DNA of 38,044 nt from an uncultured Planctomycetales bacterium (GTDB taxonomy: Bacteria; Planctomycetota; Phycisphaerae; UBA1845; Fen-1342). Below are positions 17,089-26,773 of this stretch, in pieces. Both the position numbers and the translations under genes were made by a program. The notes beneath the pieces are model-generated. The model searched no databases. It saw only the letters and a list, made by a program, of their open reading frames with translations, and had not been told where the DNA came from. Positions within the stretch are counted from its first letter, which is position 1. The number at the start of each line of letters is the position of its first letter. The stretch covers positions 1 through 38,044 of the forward strand of contig CAZDTB010000001.1 of NCBI GenBank assembly GCA_964508075.1, written 5' to 3'.

Positions 17089-17219
17089 GTTCTGGTGCCG
17101 GCCGGCGGCGCGGTTGCGCTTTGCCCGGCGCGACGCTTTCACGCCATATCCGACGTTCCTATACTCAGCGTTGCCATTGACGTACTGGCTGAGATGCCGA
17201 CTCCAGGCGGAGCGCGCGG

Positions 17220-19428
17220 ATGAGTGTGGGAAGTGATATCCCCCGGGTGGACGGGCTCGACAAGCTCCGGGGTGCGACCGCCTACGTCGATGACCTCGCG
17301 ATTCCCGGCGTGCTGCACGGCGGCACCATCCGCAGTCCGGTCGCCCGCGGTCGCATTACACGCATTCATTTCGATCCCGCCCTCAATTGGAACGAGTTCG
17401 TCATCGTCGATCACCGCGATATTCCCGGGCCGAACGAGGTCGTGATGATCGAGAACGATTGGCGGGCGCTCGCGGCGGGCGACGTTCGACACAAGTACGA
17501 GCCGGTGGTGCTGCTCGCCCATCGCTCGATCCGCAAACTCCGCGAGGCGTTGCGTGCCGTCCGCGTCGAGGTCGAACCGCTGCCCGCCGTGCTCGATCCG
17601 CGCACGGCGCTGACGCCGGAGCTGATCCAGCACGGTGACGACAACGTGTTCAAGCGGATCGATATTCACAAAGGCGACGTGGCGGCGGTCTTCCGGCAGG
17701 CTCCGCACGTGATCGAAGGCGAGTATCGCACGGGGGCCCAGGAGCACGTCTATCTCGAAACGCAGGGCATGCTCGCTTACCGCGCAGACGGGCAGCTCGT
17801 GGTGCGCGGCACGCTGCAATGTCCGTACTTTGTGCTGAACGCGTTGATGCACTTTTTCCAACGGACGCCCGAGGAAGTGCGCGTGATTCAGTCGCCGACC
17901 GGCGGCGCGTTCGGGGGCAAGGAGGATTACCCGTCCTTGCTCGCCGTTCACGCCGCCCTGCTGGCCGAGAAGGCCGGGATGCCGGTCAAGATCATCTACG
18001 ATCGCCGGGAAGACATGGCGGCGACCACCAAGCGGCATCCCAGCCATGTGCGGCATCGCACCGCGGTTGCCGACGACGGGCGTCTGCTGGCGATGGAAAT
18101 CGACGTGCTGCTCGACTCCGGCGCCTATGCAACGCTCTCGCCGGTCGTGCTGAGCCGCAGTTGCATCCACGCGGCTGGGCCGTACCACTGTGAGAACGTC
18201 CACGTCCACGGCGAGGCCCGCTTGACCAACTCACCGCCGTACGGTGCTTTTCGCGGCTTCGGCGCACCACAGGCGTTATTCGCTATCGAACGGCACATGA
18301 ACGTCATTGCCGAGCGGCTGGGGCTGGACCCGGCGGAGCTACGGCGGCGGAACCTGCTCCGCGCTGGCCAGACCACCGTGACCGGGCAGGTCTACCGTGA
18401 CGGGACCGATCTGGTTGGTTTGCTGGATCGCGGGCTCGAGCTCGCCGCCTGCCAGCAGAAGCGAAAAGAGCACGCGGTGTACAACCGGAAGCATCCGTAC
18501 CTGCGTCGTGGCCTCGGCTTTTCGTGCTTCTTTCACGGGGCGGGCTTCACGGGGAGCGGCGAGACGTATTTGGCTTCGGAGGTTCTCGTCGCGGGTCTGC
18601 CTGACGGTCGGGTCGAGGTGCTGACCGCTCAGACCGATATGGGGCAGGGGGCCCAGACCGTCCTGATGCAGATTGTTGCCGACCGGCTCGGCCTGGATCC
18701 GAGCTACGTGTACGTTGCGACGCCCGACACCGCCCGTGTTCCCAATAGCGGCCCGACCGTCGCGAGCCGAACGACGATGGTGGTTGGCAGTCTGCTGCAA
18801 CAGGCCTGCGACGACCTGGTGGCGCAAGTCAGTCCGGCCGGATCGATTGCTGGAGAAGCGCTGCGGGACGCGATCCGGGCCTGGCATGCGGTCCATCTGG
18901 GCAAGCAACTGCTCGGCCGCGCCAGGTACCGCACCCCGCCGAACATTCAGTGGGACGAAGAGCATTATCGCGGGGACGCGTACGCGACCTACGCCTGGGC
19001 GACACACGTGGCCGAGGTGGAGGTCGACCTGCGCACGTACATCGCGCGCGTCACGGACTACGTCGCGTTGCAGGAAGTCGGCAAAGTCGTCAACCCGACG
19101 CTCGCGGCAGGGCAGATTCGGGGCGGCGTAGCGCAGGGTATCGGCTGGGCGCTGACCGAGGAGGTGCGGCTCGAAGAAGGCGTCATGACCAATACTCAGA
19201 TGACGAACTACGCCATCCCCACCGCCGGCGATCTCCCGCCGATTCGCGTGTTTTTCGAGGAGCAGCCTTCGCCATACGGCCCGCGCGGAGCCAAGGGGAT
19301 CGGCGAGCTGCCGATGGACGGCCCGGCCCCGACCGTGATCAACGCGGTCTGCGACGCGCTCGCCACGTCGATCAACGAGATCCCGCTGACGCCCGAGCGG
19401 CTGCTGGAGCATCTGGAGGGCGAGCGCG

Positions 19429-19436
<8 letters not shown>
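17220..19436 (+). CDS. xanthine dehydrogenase/aldehyde oxidase-family molybdopterin-binding large subunit
   Basis: 738-aa ORF with the a/b-hammerhead N-terminus ([26 protein letters not shown]..) and the GGAFGGKE motif. ..RGFGAPQ.. and ..[22 protein letters not shown].. are typical of the family. Confidence 0.9.
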
Positions 19437-19890
<454 letters not shown>

Positions 19891-19891
19891 C

Positions 19892-20716
19892 GTGCAGGTG
19901 CTGACGCCGAAAACGCTGGATGAAGCGTTGGAGATGCTGGCGGCCGAAGGTGAGTCTATGACGCCAATCGCCGGCGCAACCGATCTGCTGGTCTCGTGGC
20001 ACGGTCAGCCGAAGGACGATTTGAATCTGCTGGACCTCACGCCGCTACGTGATCAGCTTGGGCCGTTGCGAATGTCGGGCGACTTTCTGGAGCTTGGCGC
20101 CCTGACGACCTATTGGGACGTGATCGCCTCGCCGGAAGTCGCGACGGCCTTTCCGTTGTTGGCCGAAGCTGCCCGGCAGGTTGGGGCGATCCAGATCCAG
20201 GCCCGCGGAACGTGGGCCGGAAACATCGGCAACGGCTCGCCCGCCGCCGACGGCGTGCTCGTGCTGATGGCGTGCGACGCGAGCGTGATACTGCGATCGC
20301 CGGCCGGCCAAACCGACGTCCCCCTCGACGAGTACTACACCGGGTACAAGCAAAGCGTTCGGCGGCCAGAGCAACTGATCGTTGCGATCCGTGTCCCGCG
20401 CCGCCGCCGCGAGCACGAGTGGTTCCACAAGGTCGGCGCGCGCACCGCACAAGCGATCAGCAAGGTCGGCGTCGCGATCGTCAAGGACGAGCAGGGCTGG
20501 CGCGTGGTCGCCAACAGCGTGGCGCCGATCGTATGTCGTTGCCGGGCGTTTGAAAAAGCGCTCGCCAACGGCAGGACCTTTCAAAACCCTGAGGAAATCC
20601 GCCAGCTGCTCGACGCCGACATCTCTCCGATTGACGACATCCGCTCGACGGCCAGGTACCGGGCGACGGTGCTGAGTCGGCTACTGTACTTCTGGCTGGC
20701 GGAGAACCTGCCGTAG
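19892..20716 (+). CDS. FAD-binding medium subunit of the molybdenum hydroxylase
   Basis: 274 aa with a GTG start 1 nt after the small-subunit stop. ..PIAGATDLLV.., ..GAIQIQARGTWAGNIGNGSPAAD.., and a C-terminal CO-dehydrogenase-flavoprotein-like domain (..IDDIRSTARYRA..). Confidence 0.85.
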   Translation: MQVLTPKTLDEALEMLAAEGESMTPIAGATDLLVSWHGQPKDDLNLLDLTPLRDQLGPLRMSGDFLELGALTTYWDVIASPEVATAFPLLAEAARQVGAIQIQARGTWAGNIGNGSPAADGVLVLMACDASVILRSPAGQTDVPLDEYYTGYKQSVRRPEQLIVAIRVPRRRREHEWFHKVGARTAQAISKVGVAIVKDEQGWRVVANSVAPIVCRCRAFEKALANGRTFQNPEEIRQLLDADISPIDDIRSTARYRATVLSRLLYFWLAENLP

Positions 20717-20927
20717 TCCCCGTTGACGTCTATCGATCCTGCTGCGAGCGACCGCAATCTATCCGCCAAATGACCGGGCGTGAAAACGCGTCGCGCGATG
20801 GCCTGCACAGCGGAGCCGCCGTGTCCCCACGCCGGTCTCCGGGCCGGGGACGGCCCGGCTCTGTTGTATGATCGCGCACGAACATATGGCATGGGCCAAG
20901 ATGGGTCTCGGACGCTATCATTCTGCC

Positions 20928-21749
20928 ATGCCGGAACTGCCCGAAGTCGAGACGATCGTTCGCCACTATCGCCCGCGGCTGGAGGGGCGGCGGGTGACGC
21001 GCTTCGTCTCGCGCTGGGCTAAGCAGGCCGAACCGAGTGTGGCGGCGGTGCGGCGGGGGATCGTGGGGAAGCGTATCCGGCGGGTGTGGCGGCGGGCGAA
21101 GTTCATCGTGGCCGACCTGGGCGGCGGACGCCGACCGGCCTATCTGCTCATCCACCTGCGCATGAGCGGGCGGTTTGAATGGGCAGCCGAGCACGATCGC
21201 GAGCCGCAACACGTTCGAACCATCTTCGACCTTGATGACGGCAACACGCTCTGGTTTTGCGACTCCCGCAAGTTCGGGAAGGTCATCTACACGACCGACA
21301 TTGCCGCGGCCACCAGTCATCTTGGTGTCGAGCCGCTTGAGCGCGCGTTTACAGCCGCTGCTTTCGAAGAACTGCTGCACGGGCACGCGCGGCAGCTCAA
21401 GCCGCTGCTGCTCGACCAATCGTTCGTCGCGGGGCTGGGGAACATCTACACCGATGAAGCTCTGTTCCAGGCACGCTTGCACCCGGCCACGCGGTCGAAC
21501 GAGCTGGTGGCGCAGCAGGCTCGACGGCTGCGAAGAGAAATCCGGGCCGTACTGCGCAAGGCGATTCGCCACCACGGGACATCGTTCGACTCGGTCTATC
21601 CTGACGGTGGAATGAAGCGGCACCTGAAGGTGTATGGGCGGGCCGGACTGCCGTGTGTGCGCTGCGGTACGCCGGTGGCTGGCCTGCGGATTGCCCAGCG
21701 CGGCACGCACATCTGCCCGAAATGTCAGCCGCTGGACGGCAAGCGGTGA
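20928..21749 (+). CDS. mutM: formamidopyrimidine-DNA glycosylase
   Basis: The ATG at 20928 gives the canonical MPELPEVE N-terminus. An H2TH region (..LLDQSFVAGLGNIYTDEALF..) and a C-terminal zinc finger CVRCGTPV..ICPKCQ are present. Track ORF start 20868 is rejected. Confidence 0.9.
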   Translation: MPELPEVETIVRHYRPRLEGRRVTRFVSRWAKQAEPSVAAVRRGIVGKRIRRVWRRAKFIVADLGGGRRPAYLLIHLRMSGRFEWAAEHDREPQHVRTIFDLDDGNTLWFCDSRKFGKVIYTTDIAAATSHLGVEPLERAFTAAAFEELLHGHARQLKPLLLDQSFVAGLGNIYTDEALFQARLHPATRSNELVAQQARRLRREIRAVLRKAIRHHGTSFDSVYPDGGMKRHLKVYGRAGLPCVRCGTPVAGLRIAQRGTHICPKCQPLDGKR

Positions 21750-21799
21750 ACCCGGCCGCTGGGGAGGCAGTATCAGTAGTATGTTCGCCCACGATCTCC

Positions 21800-21827
21800 G
21801 AACCCTGAACCCTGAACCCTGAACCCT
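21800..21827 (+). repeat. perfect tandem heptamer (GAACCCT)x4 abutting the asnB start codon
   Basis: Read directly: GAACCCT GAACCCT GAACCCT GAACCCT at 21800-21827, then C, then the ATG at 21829. Confidence 0.95.
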
Positions 21828-21828
21828 C

Positions 21829-23736
21829 ATGTGCGGCATTGCCGGAGCCATCGCTCTTTCGCCCGAGACGCGCGTCGCCGCTGAGGAGCTGCGCGTCATG
21901 TCGGCTCAGCTCGTCCACCGCGGGCCTGACGACGAGGGGCACTACCTTGATCCGCAGGGCCGCTGCGGGTTCGGGTTTCGCCGGCTGTCGATCATCGACG
22001 TGCAAGGCGGGCACCAGCCGATCGCCAATGAAGATGAGTCCGTTTGGGTCATCTTCAACGGTGAGATCTACAACTTCCGCGAGCTGCGCGCCGAGCTGCA
22101 GCAACAGGGGCACACGTTTCGCACGCAGGCCGACAGCGAAGTCATCGTGCATCTCTACGAGCAGCACGGCGAGGCGTGCTTCGAACGTCTGAGCGGGATG
22201 TTCGCGATCGCGATCTGGGATGAGAACGCCGGCACGCTGCTGCTGGCGCGCGACCGGTTCGGCAAGAAGCCACTGACGTACGCGCAGCAAGACGGCCGGC
22301 TCTACTTCGCGAGCGAAGTCAAGGCGATCCTCGCCTTGCCGGGCGTGCGCCGTGATCTGGATCCCCAATCGCTGCACCGCTACCTGCTGTTCCAATACGT
22401 GCCCGCGCCGCATTCGATCTATCGCGGCTTCCGCAAGCTGATGCCCGGGCATTTCGTGCGGGTCCGGGCCGGCGAGCCGCTCACGGCGTTACCGCGGGCC
22501 TACTGGGAGTTGCCGTTGCCCGCGCCGTTCGCCGGGACGTACGCAGACGCGAAGGCTCGTCTGGGCGAGCTGTTGACGAAAGCCGTCGAGAAGCGCCTGA
22601 TCGCCGATGTCCCGCTCGGTGCGTTTCTGTCCGGCGGGGTCGACTCGTCGATCGTGGTCAGCCTGATGCGCAAGCTCGGCGTCTCGCCGCTGCGGACTTT
22701 CTCGATCGGCTTTCCCGACGCGCGCTACGATGAGACCGCGTACGCGCGCCGCGTCGCCGAGCTATTCGAGACCGAACACCACGAGCACACTGTTACGCCG
22801 CAGGCCCGCGAGATCCTCGACACACTGGCCTGGCACTACGACGAGCCGTTTGCCGACTCGTCGGCGATTCCGACGTATTACGTGTCGCGCTACACACGTG
22901 AGTCGGTGACGGTGGCGTTGACGGGTGACGCCGGCGATGAGTGCTTCGCGGGCTACGACCGCTACGTCGCGGCCCGGCTCGCCGCCCGTCTTGACATCCT
23001 GCCGGGCCCGTTGCGGTCGTTGCTGGCGGCGACGGCGAAGGTATTGCCGCGGCGGGGACCCAAGTCGACCAGCAACCGGCTCTATCGCTTCCTCTCGGCG
23101 CTGGGTCAGACGTCGGCCCGGCGATACCTGTCGTGGGTAAACATCTTCCGGCCGGCGATGTTGGCAAGCGGCTATCGGCCGGGGTTTGCCGAGCGGATCG
23201 ATTTCGATGAGCCGTTGCGCTGGTTCGACGGGCTGTATGGGGGTGGCCGGGGGGCGGCCCCCGAGCGGGCGAACCACACCGATTTTCTCAGCTACCTCCC
23301 CTATGACCTGCTGACCAAGGTCGACATCGCGTCGATGGCCTGCAGCCTCGAATGCCGCTCGCCCTTCCTCGACCACGAACTGGTCGAGTTTGCGCTGTCG
23401 CTGCCCCAAGAATGGCGGCTGGGCTCCGGCGGCGGCAAACGAATCCTCAAAGACTGGGCCGGCGACTTTCTTCCGGCGCAGGTACTGAATCGGCCGAAAA
23501 TGGGCTTCGGTGTGCCGGTCGGCGAGTGGTTTCGTAACGAGCTACGAGACCTGCTGCGAGAGCGACTGGGCGCGCCGGATTCGCTCAGCGGCCGCGTGTT
23601 TCGGCCGGAGTGGCTGCGCGGCGTCGTGGAGGCACATTTATCCGGACGTGAGAACCACGAGCACCCGCTCTGGGCGCTGCTGATGCTCGAGCTCTGGCGT
23701 GAGCGCTGGCAGCCGGCCGATCTGCGGAGTGCCTAG
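21829..23736 (+). CDS. asnB: asparagine synthase (glutamine-hydrolysing)
   Basis: 635-aa ORF. MCGIAG N-terminal nucleophile Cys2, ..RGPDDEG.., ..NGEIYN.., and the PP-loop-like SGGVDSS in the synthetase domain. Confidence 0.9.
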   Translation: MCGIAGAIALSPETRVAAEELRVMSAQLVHRGPDDEGHYLDPQGRCGFGFRRLSIIDVQGGHQPIANEDESVWVIFNGEIYNFRELRAELQQQGHTFRTQADSEVIVHLYEQHGEACFERLSGMFAIAIWDENAGTLLLARDRFGKKPLTYAQQDGRLYFASEVKAILALPGVRRDLDPQSLHRYLLFQYVPAPHSIYRGFRKLMPGHFVRVRAGEPLTALPRAYWELPLPAPFAGTYADAKARLGELLTKAVEKRLIADVPLGAFLSGGVDSSIVVSLMRKLGVSPLRTFSIGFPDARYDETAYARRVAELFETEHHEHTVTPQAREILDTLAWHYDEPFADSSAIPTYYVSRYTRESVTVALTGDAGDECFAGYDRYVAARLAARLDILPGPLRSLLAATAKVLPRRGPKSTSNRLYRFLSALGQTSARRYLSWVNIFRPAMLASGYRPGFAERIDFDEPLRWFDGLYGGGRGAAPERANHTDFLSYLPYDLLTKVDIASMACSLECRSPFLDHELVEFALSLPQEWRLGSGGGKRILKDWAGDFLPAQVLNRPKMGFGVPVGEWFRNELRDLLRERLGAPDSLSGRVFRPEWLRGVVEAHLSGRENHEHPLWALLMLELWRERWQPADLRSA

Positions 23737-23824
23737 CGGCCCTCAGTCCGCGATCCGATTGTACCGATCAGTTGGGTAGAGACGAGGGGAGGCGTTGTGC
23801 GCTGCTCCGGATGGCGTGTGCGCG

Positions 23825-24250
23825 ATGATTGTAGACCAGGACGAAATCGAGGCCCTACTCGCCCAGGCGGACGATCTGGTGGCCGAAACGGGCGAGGAGG
23901 TACATGCGGCGGCGACGGCGGCGCCCGCCCCGGACGCCGGGGCGCCCGCTACGGCACCGCCGCCGCCCCAGCCATCCATCAACGTGTCCTCCGAAGTCGC
24001 CCGGATCCTCAGGATCCAGGTGCCCGCGCGTGTGCAATTGGCGTCCCGGCGAATGAGTATCGCCGAGGTCCGCAAGCTGTCACTCGGAATGATCATCGAG
24101 TTCCACAAGGCCGTCGACGACCCACTCGACTTGCTCATCAACAACCACCCGGTCGGCAGAGGTATCGCGGTCAAAGTGGGTGAACGCTTCGGGTTGCGGG
24201 TTTCCGAGATCCGCGACGCGGCGACGCGCATCAAGTCGATGGGCAAGTGA
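23825..24250 (+). CDS. fliN: flagellar motor switch protein FliN-like (SpoA domain)
   Basis: The C-terminal ~85 aa (ILRIQVPARVQLASRRMSIAEVRKLSLGMIIEFHKAVDDPLDLLINNHPVGRGIAVKVGERFGLRVSEI) align closely with the FliN/SpoA consensus (..V.V.LG...m.i.ell.L..G.vi.LD.....P.di.vNg..iA.GEvV.v...fGvRi.ei). Start uncertain: ATG 23825 or TTG 23795. Confidence 0.75.
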   Translation: MIVDQDEIEALLAQADDLVAETGEEVHAAATAAPAPDAGAPATAPPPPQPSINVSSEVARILRIQVPARVQLASRRMSIAEVRKLSLGMIIEFHKAVDDPLDLLINNHPVGRGIAVKVGERFGLRVSEIRDAATRIKSMGK

Positions 24251-24282
24251 GCGCCAACGTCCCGGGTTCACCAGCTCTTCCC

Positions 24283-25923
24283 TTACGATTGTCGGCGATG
24301 ACGAAGCACGAGCCTGGTCTCGGGCAGCCTCATCAGTGCGCTCAACGCCAGGTAGATGCCGCTGCCCAGCGAAAGCGCGCCGAGCGTATCGATCGCCCGT
24401 CGCAGCACCGTCAGCTCAACCGCCTCGCTCAGGCCCGCGATCCACAATCGGCGCAGCCACATCACGACCACAGCGCTGACCAGCGCCGCGCCGAGCATCC
24501 TGACCGCCGCCCATACCGCCGCACGATCGATCGGGCCCGCTCCCGATTTCCGCCGCAGCAGCACCAGGCCCACGATCACGGCCAGCGTCGAGGTAGTCGA
24601 CGTGCTGATCGCGAAGGCCGCCTCGCGAATCCCCTCGAACCAGATCAGCACCAGGCTCATCGCCAGGTTGACCGGCACGAGCACACAACTGATCTTCACG
24701 GGCGTGCGCACGTCGCCAACGCTGTAAAACGCGCGCAACACGATGTGCTGTACACAAAACGCCCACATGCCCAGGCCATAGAACATCAGCACGCGCGCCG
24801 CCCGGGCGGTGTCGGCGGCGTCGAAGTTGCGATACTCGAACAGCAATTGCACGATCGGCCCCGCCAGCACGACCATCAGCCCGCCGGTCAGCAGCCCCAC
24901 GAACAACGCCAGACGCAGTGAGCGGGCCACTTCCGCCGTCCATCCAGTCCAGTCCTGGCGGGTCGCCAGCCGGCTGAACGTGGGCAGAGCCGCAACCGCC
25001 AGCGAGATCCCCAGCACACCCAGTGGAAACTGGTAAAGTCGCTGTGCCACCGTTATCGCCGAGAGCGCCCCCTCACTGAGCGGATAGGTGAACGAAGCCC
25101 CGAACCAGTTCGCCGTCAACGGACCGTCCTTCACGTGCGTCAACAACGCGCAGATCTGCGCGTCCAGAAACGTCCCCAGCAGCAGCACGCCCTGCCCGAA
25201 CAGCACCGGCAGCATCTTGTGCGACATCTCCCGTACGTGCGGGTCCCGCCAGCGCGGCGACCAGCCCAGCACCACGCCGTGCCCCCGCAAAACCGGAACC
25301 AGCAACGCCAGTTGCAGCACTCCGGCCACCAGCACGCTGATGGCGACGCCGAAGATCTGCTTCTGCGGATCGCTCCCGCCGATCGCCGGGCCCAGCCAGA
25401 CGATCCCGGCGATCATGACCAGATTGAGCACGACCGGTGTCAGCGCCGCCGGCACGAAGCTCCCGACGCAGTTGAGAATGCTCGAGAAGAGGGCCACCAC
25501 GCAGATCGTGAGCATGAACGGCAGCATCAGCCCGGTGAGGGCCAGAATCAGCTGGCGCGCCGGCCCCGCCGGATCGATCAGCCAGATCGCCAGGATGATC
25601 CCCTCGATCGCCACAATGACGACCAGAATCACCAGCGTCAGCAGCGCCAGCGTGCGGGCGAGCAGCTTCCATGCTGAGGGCTGCCCCTCCGTCTCAAGCG
25701 TGCGCGTGAACGTGGGCACGAAGACCGCCGCGAGCGCCCCCTCGCCAAACAGCCGCCGGAACAGGTTCGGAAACTGGAAGGCGTAGTTGAAGGCATCCAG
25801 CGCCCAAGTCAGTCCGAACGTGTGCATCAGCAGCATGTCGCGGATCAGACCCGTGACCCGCGACACGAGCGTGCAGACGGCGATCAGCTTGGCCGACGAT
25901 ACCACCGGCCGATGGTCGGACAT
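24283..25923 (-). CDS. murJ: lipid II flippase MurJ (MviN)
   Basis: 546-aa polytopic ORF. The N-terminus ..LVSRVTGLIRDMLLMHTFGLTWALDAFNYAFQFPNLFRRLFGEGALAAVFVP.. is the MurJ signature. Confidence 0.9.
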   Translation of the reverse strand: MSDHRPVVSSAKLIAVCTLVSRVTGLIRDMLLMHTFGLTWALDAFNYAFQFPNLFRRLFGEGALAAVFVPTFTRTLETEGQPSAWKLLARTLALLTLVILVVIVAIEGIILAIWLIDPAGPARQLILALTGLMLPFMLTICVVALFSSILNCVGSFVPAALTPVVLNLVMIAGIVWLGPAIGGSDPQKQIFGVAISVLVAGVLQLALLVPVLRGHGVVLGWSPRWRDPHVREMSHKMLPVLFGQGVLLLGTFLDAQICALLTHVKDGPLTANWFGASFTYPLSEGALSAITVAQRLYQFPLGVLGISLAVAALPTFSRLATRQDWTGWTAEVARSLRLALFVGLLTGGLMVVLAGPIVQLLFEYRNFDAADTARAARVLMFYGLGMWAFCVQHIVLRAFYSVGDVRTPVKISCVLVPVNLAMSLVLIWFEGIREAAFAISTSTTSTLAVIVGLVLLRRKSGAGPIDRAAVWAAVRMLGAALVSAVVVMWLRRLWIAGLSEAVELTVLRRAIDTLGALSLGSGIYLALSALMRLPETRLVLRHRRQS

Positions 25924-26048
25924 GGCGGCCGATCATAGCGGCGTCGACGGTCGACACAAACGGCGGCGAGCAAGACGCGCCAGGGCCCCACGCCCGCCGC
26001 TGCCAATCGCGATGTCCACCTGATCGAAACTTGGTGTCGCGGGGTGGT

Positions 26049-26076
26049 TTGCCTGCCGCCGGGAATATGGTATGTT
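26049..26076 (+). promoter_or_regulatory. possible promoter for tRNA-Pro
   Basis: TTGCCT (26049-26054), 16-nt spacer, TATGTT (26071-26076) with a TG 1 nt upstream (extended -10-like). Motif match only. This would give a ~70-nt structured leader (CTGCCGGC..GCCGGCAG inverted repeat). Confidence 0.3.
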
Positions 26077-26152
26077 TAGAGAACTGCCGGCCCGCAACCG
26101 TCGATATCCTGACGGCCGGGCTCACCGGGATCGTCGCCGGCAGTTTGAGTTA

Positions 26153-26227
26153 CGGGGTGTAGCTCAGCCTGGTCAGAGCGCTGCGTTCGGGACGCAGAGG
26201 TCGCTGGTTCAAATCCAGTCACCCCGA
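26153..26227 (+). tRNA. tRNA-Pro (anticodon CGG)
   Basis: Hand-folded cloverleaf. Acceptor CGGGGTG/CACCCCG, D arm GCTC..GAGC, anticodon arm CTGCG-TTCGGGA-CGCAG (anticodon CGG), variable AGGTC, T arm GCTGG-TTCAAAT-CCAGT, discriminator A. No encoded CCA. Confidence 0.9.
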
Positions 26228-26245
26228 TTGCCGCGAAGCGGCAAT
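26227..26245 (+). other. perfect hairpin abutting the tRNA 3' end
   Basis: ATTGCCGC-gaa-GCGGCAAT (8-bp stem, 3-nt loop) starting at the discriminator base. No U tract follows. Confidence 0.6.
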
Positions 26246-26246
26246 A

Positions 26247-26278
26247 GAGCAGGCGAGCAGTGGAGCAGGTGAACAGGA
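26247..26278 (+). repeat. four in-phase degenerate octamers GAGCAGGN (iteron-like)
   Basis: GAGCAGGC GAGCAGTG GAGCAGGT GAACAGGA, contiguous at 26247-26278. Confidence 0.7.
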
Positions 26279-26322
26279 GGGGACGCAATCCGGGTGCCCG
26301 CGCCGTCTGCATTGTCTCGTGA

Positions 26323-26365
26323 AGCTCGCCTGCGGTCACCTGTTCAACTGATCTCCTGCTCAGAC
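26323..26365. repeat. 43-bp direct repeat, copy 1
   Basis: AGCTCGCCTGCGGTCACCTGTTCAACTGATCTCCTGCTCAGAC is 42/43 identical to 28780-28822 (C vs G at one position). The flanks on both sides are unrelated. Confidence 0.9.
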
Positions 26366-26376
26366 CGGGGCTGGCG

Positions 26377-26739
26377 ATGGCCTTCATGTTCGAGAAGCTC
26401 GACGTCTACCAGAAGGCCGTGGACTTCATCGATCAGGTTACCGTTCTCACCGAACAGTTCCCCCGCGGTTATGGCTTTCTCGCCGACCAACTGAACCGGG
26501 CTGCGCTGTCGATCGCAACCAATCTCGCCGAGGGTAACGGTCGATTCACAAAAGCGGATCGCAGGAACTTCTTCACGATTGCGCGAGGTTCTACGCAGGA
26601 GTGCGTGCCGTTGCTGGAACTCGCGCGACGGCGCGGGCTGATCGGTGACGGCAATCACACGGCGCTACGAGACGAACTTGAGGTAATCGGGAAGATGATC
26701 AGCGGCCTGATCGCAGGGCTCGAAAAGCGCACGACGTGA
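26377..26739 (+). CDS. four-helix-bundle protein (23S rRNA intervening-sequence protein family, PF05635/TIGR02436; same fold family as DGR Avd)
   Basis: 120 aa: MAFMFEKLDVYQKAVDFIDQVTVLTEQFPRGYGFLADQLNRAALSIATNLAEGNGRFTKADRRNFFTIARGSTQECVPLLELARRRGLI.. This matches the family pattern (FE.L.VWQ.A......fP..E...L..Q.rRAa.Si..NIAEG.gR.s..e...F..iA.GS..E). Confidence 0.85.
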   Translation: MAFMFEKLDVYQKAVDFIDQVTVLTEQFPRGYGFLADQLNRAALSIATNLAEGNGRFTKADRRNFFTIARGSTQECVPLLELARRRGLIGDGNHTALRDELEVIGKMISGLIAGLEKRTT

Positions 26740-26773
26740 GCCGGGGCTGCAGATCTGCCTGCAAGACCGCATC

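Noticed and set aside
21800-21827. Heptamer array as a CRISPR-like or telomere-like repeat
   Set aside because: The units are contiguous with no spacers and the array is only 28 nt long. It is kept as a simple microsatellite finding instead.
20730-22452. 389-aa and 351-aa minus-strand ORFs
   Set aside because: Antisense to mutM and asnB, both of which have canonical N-termini (MPELPEVE, MCGIAG) on the plus strand.
26076-26387. 103-aa minus-strand ORF
   Set aside because: It reads straight through tRNA-Pro in antisense (..GVTGFEPATSASRTQRSDQAELHP..). Only its first 15 residues (LSRRSVEQVTAGEL) reflect the 43-bp integrase-derived repeat.
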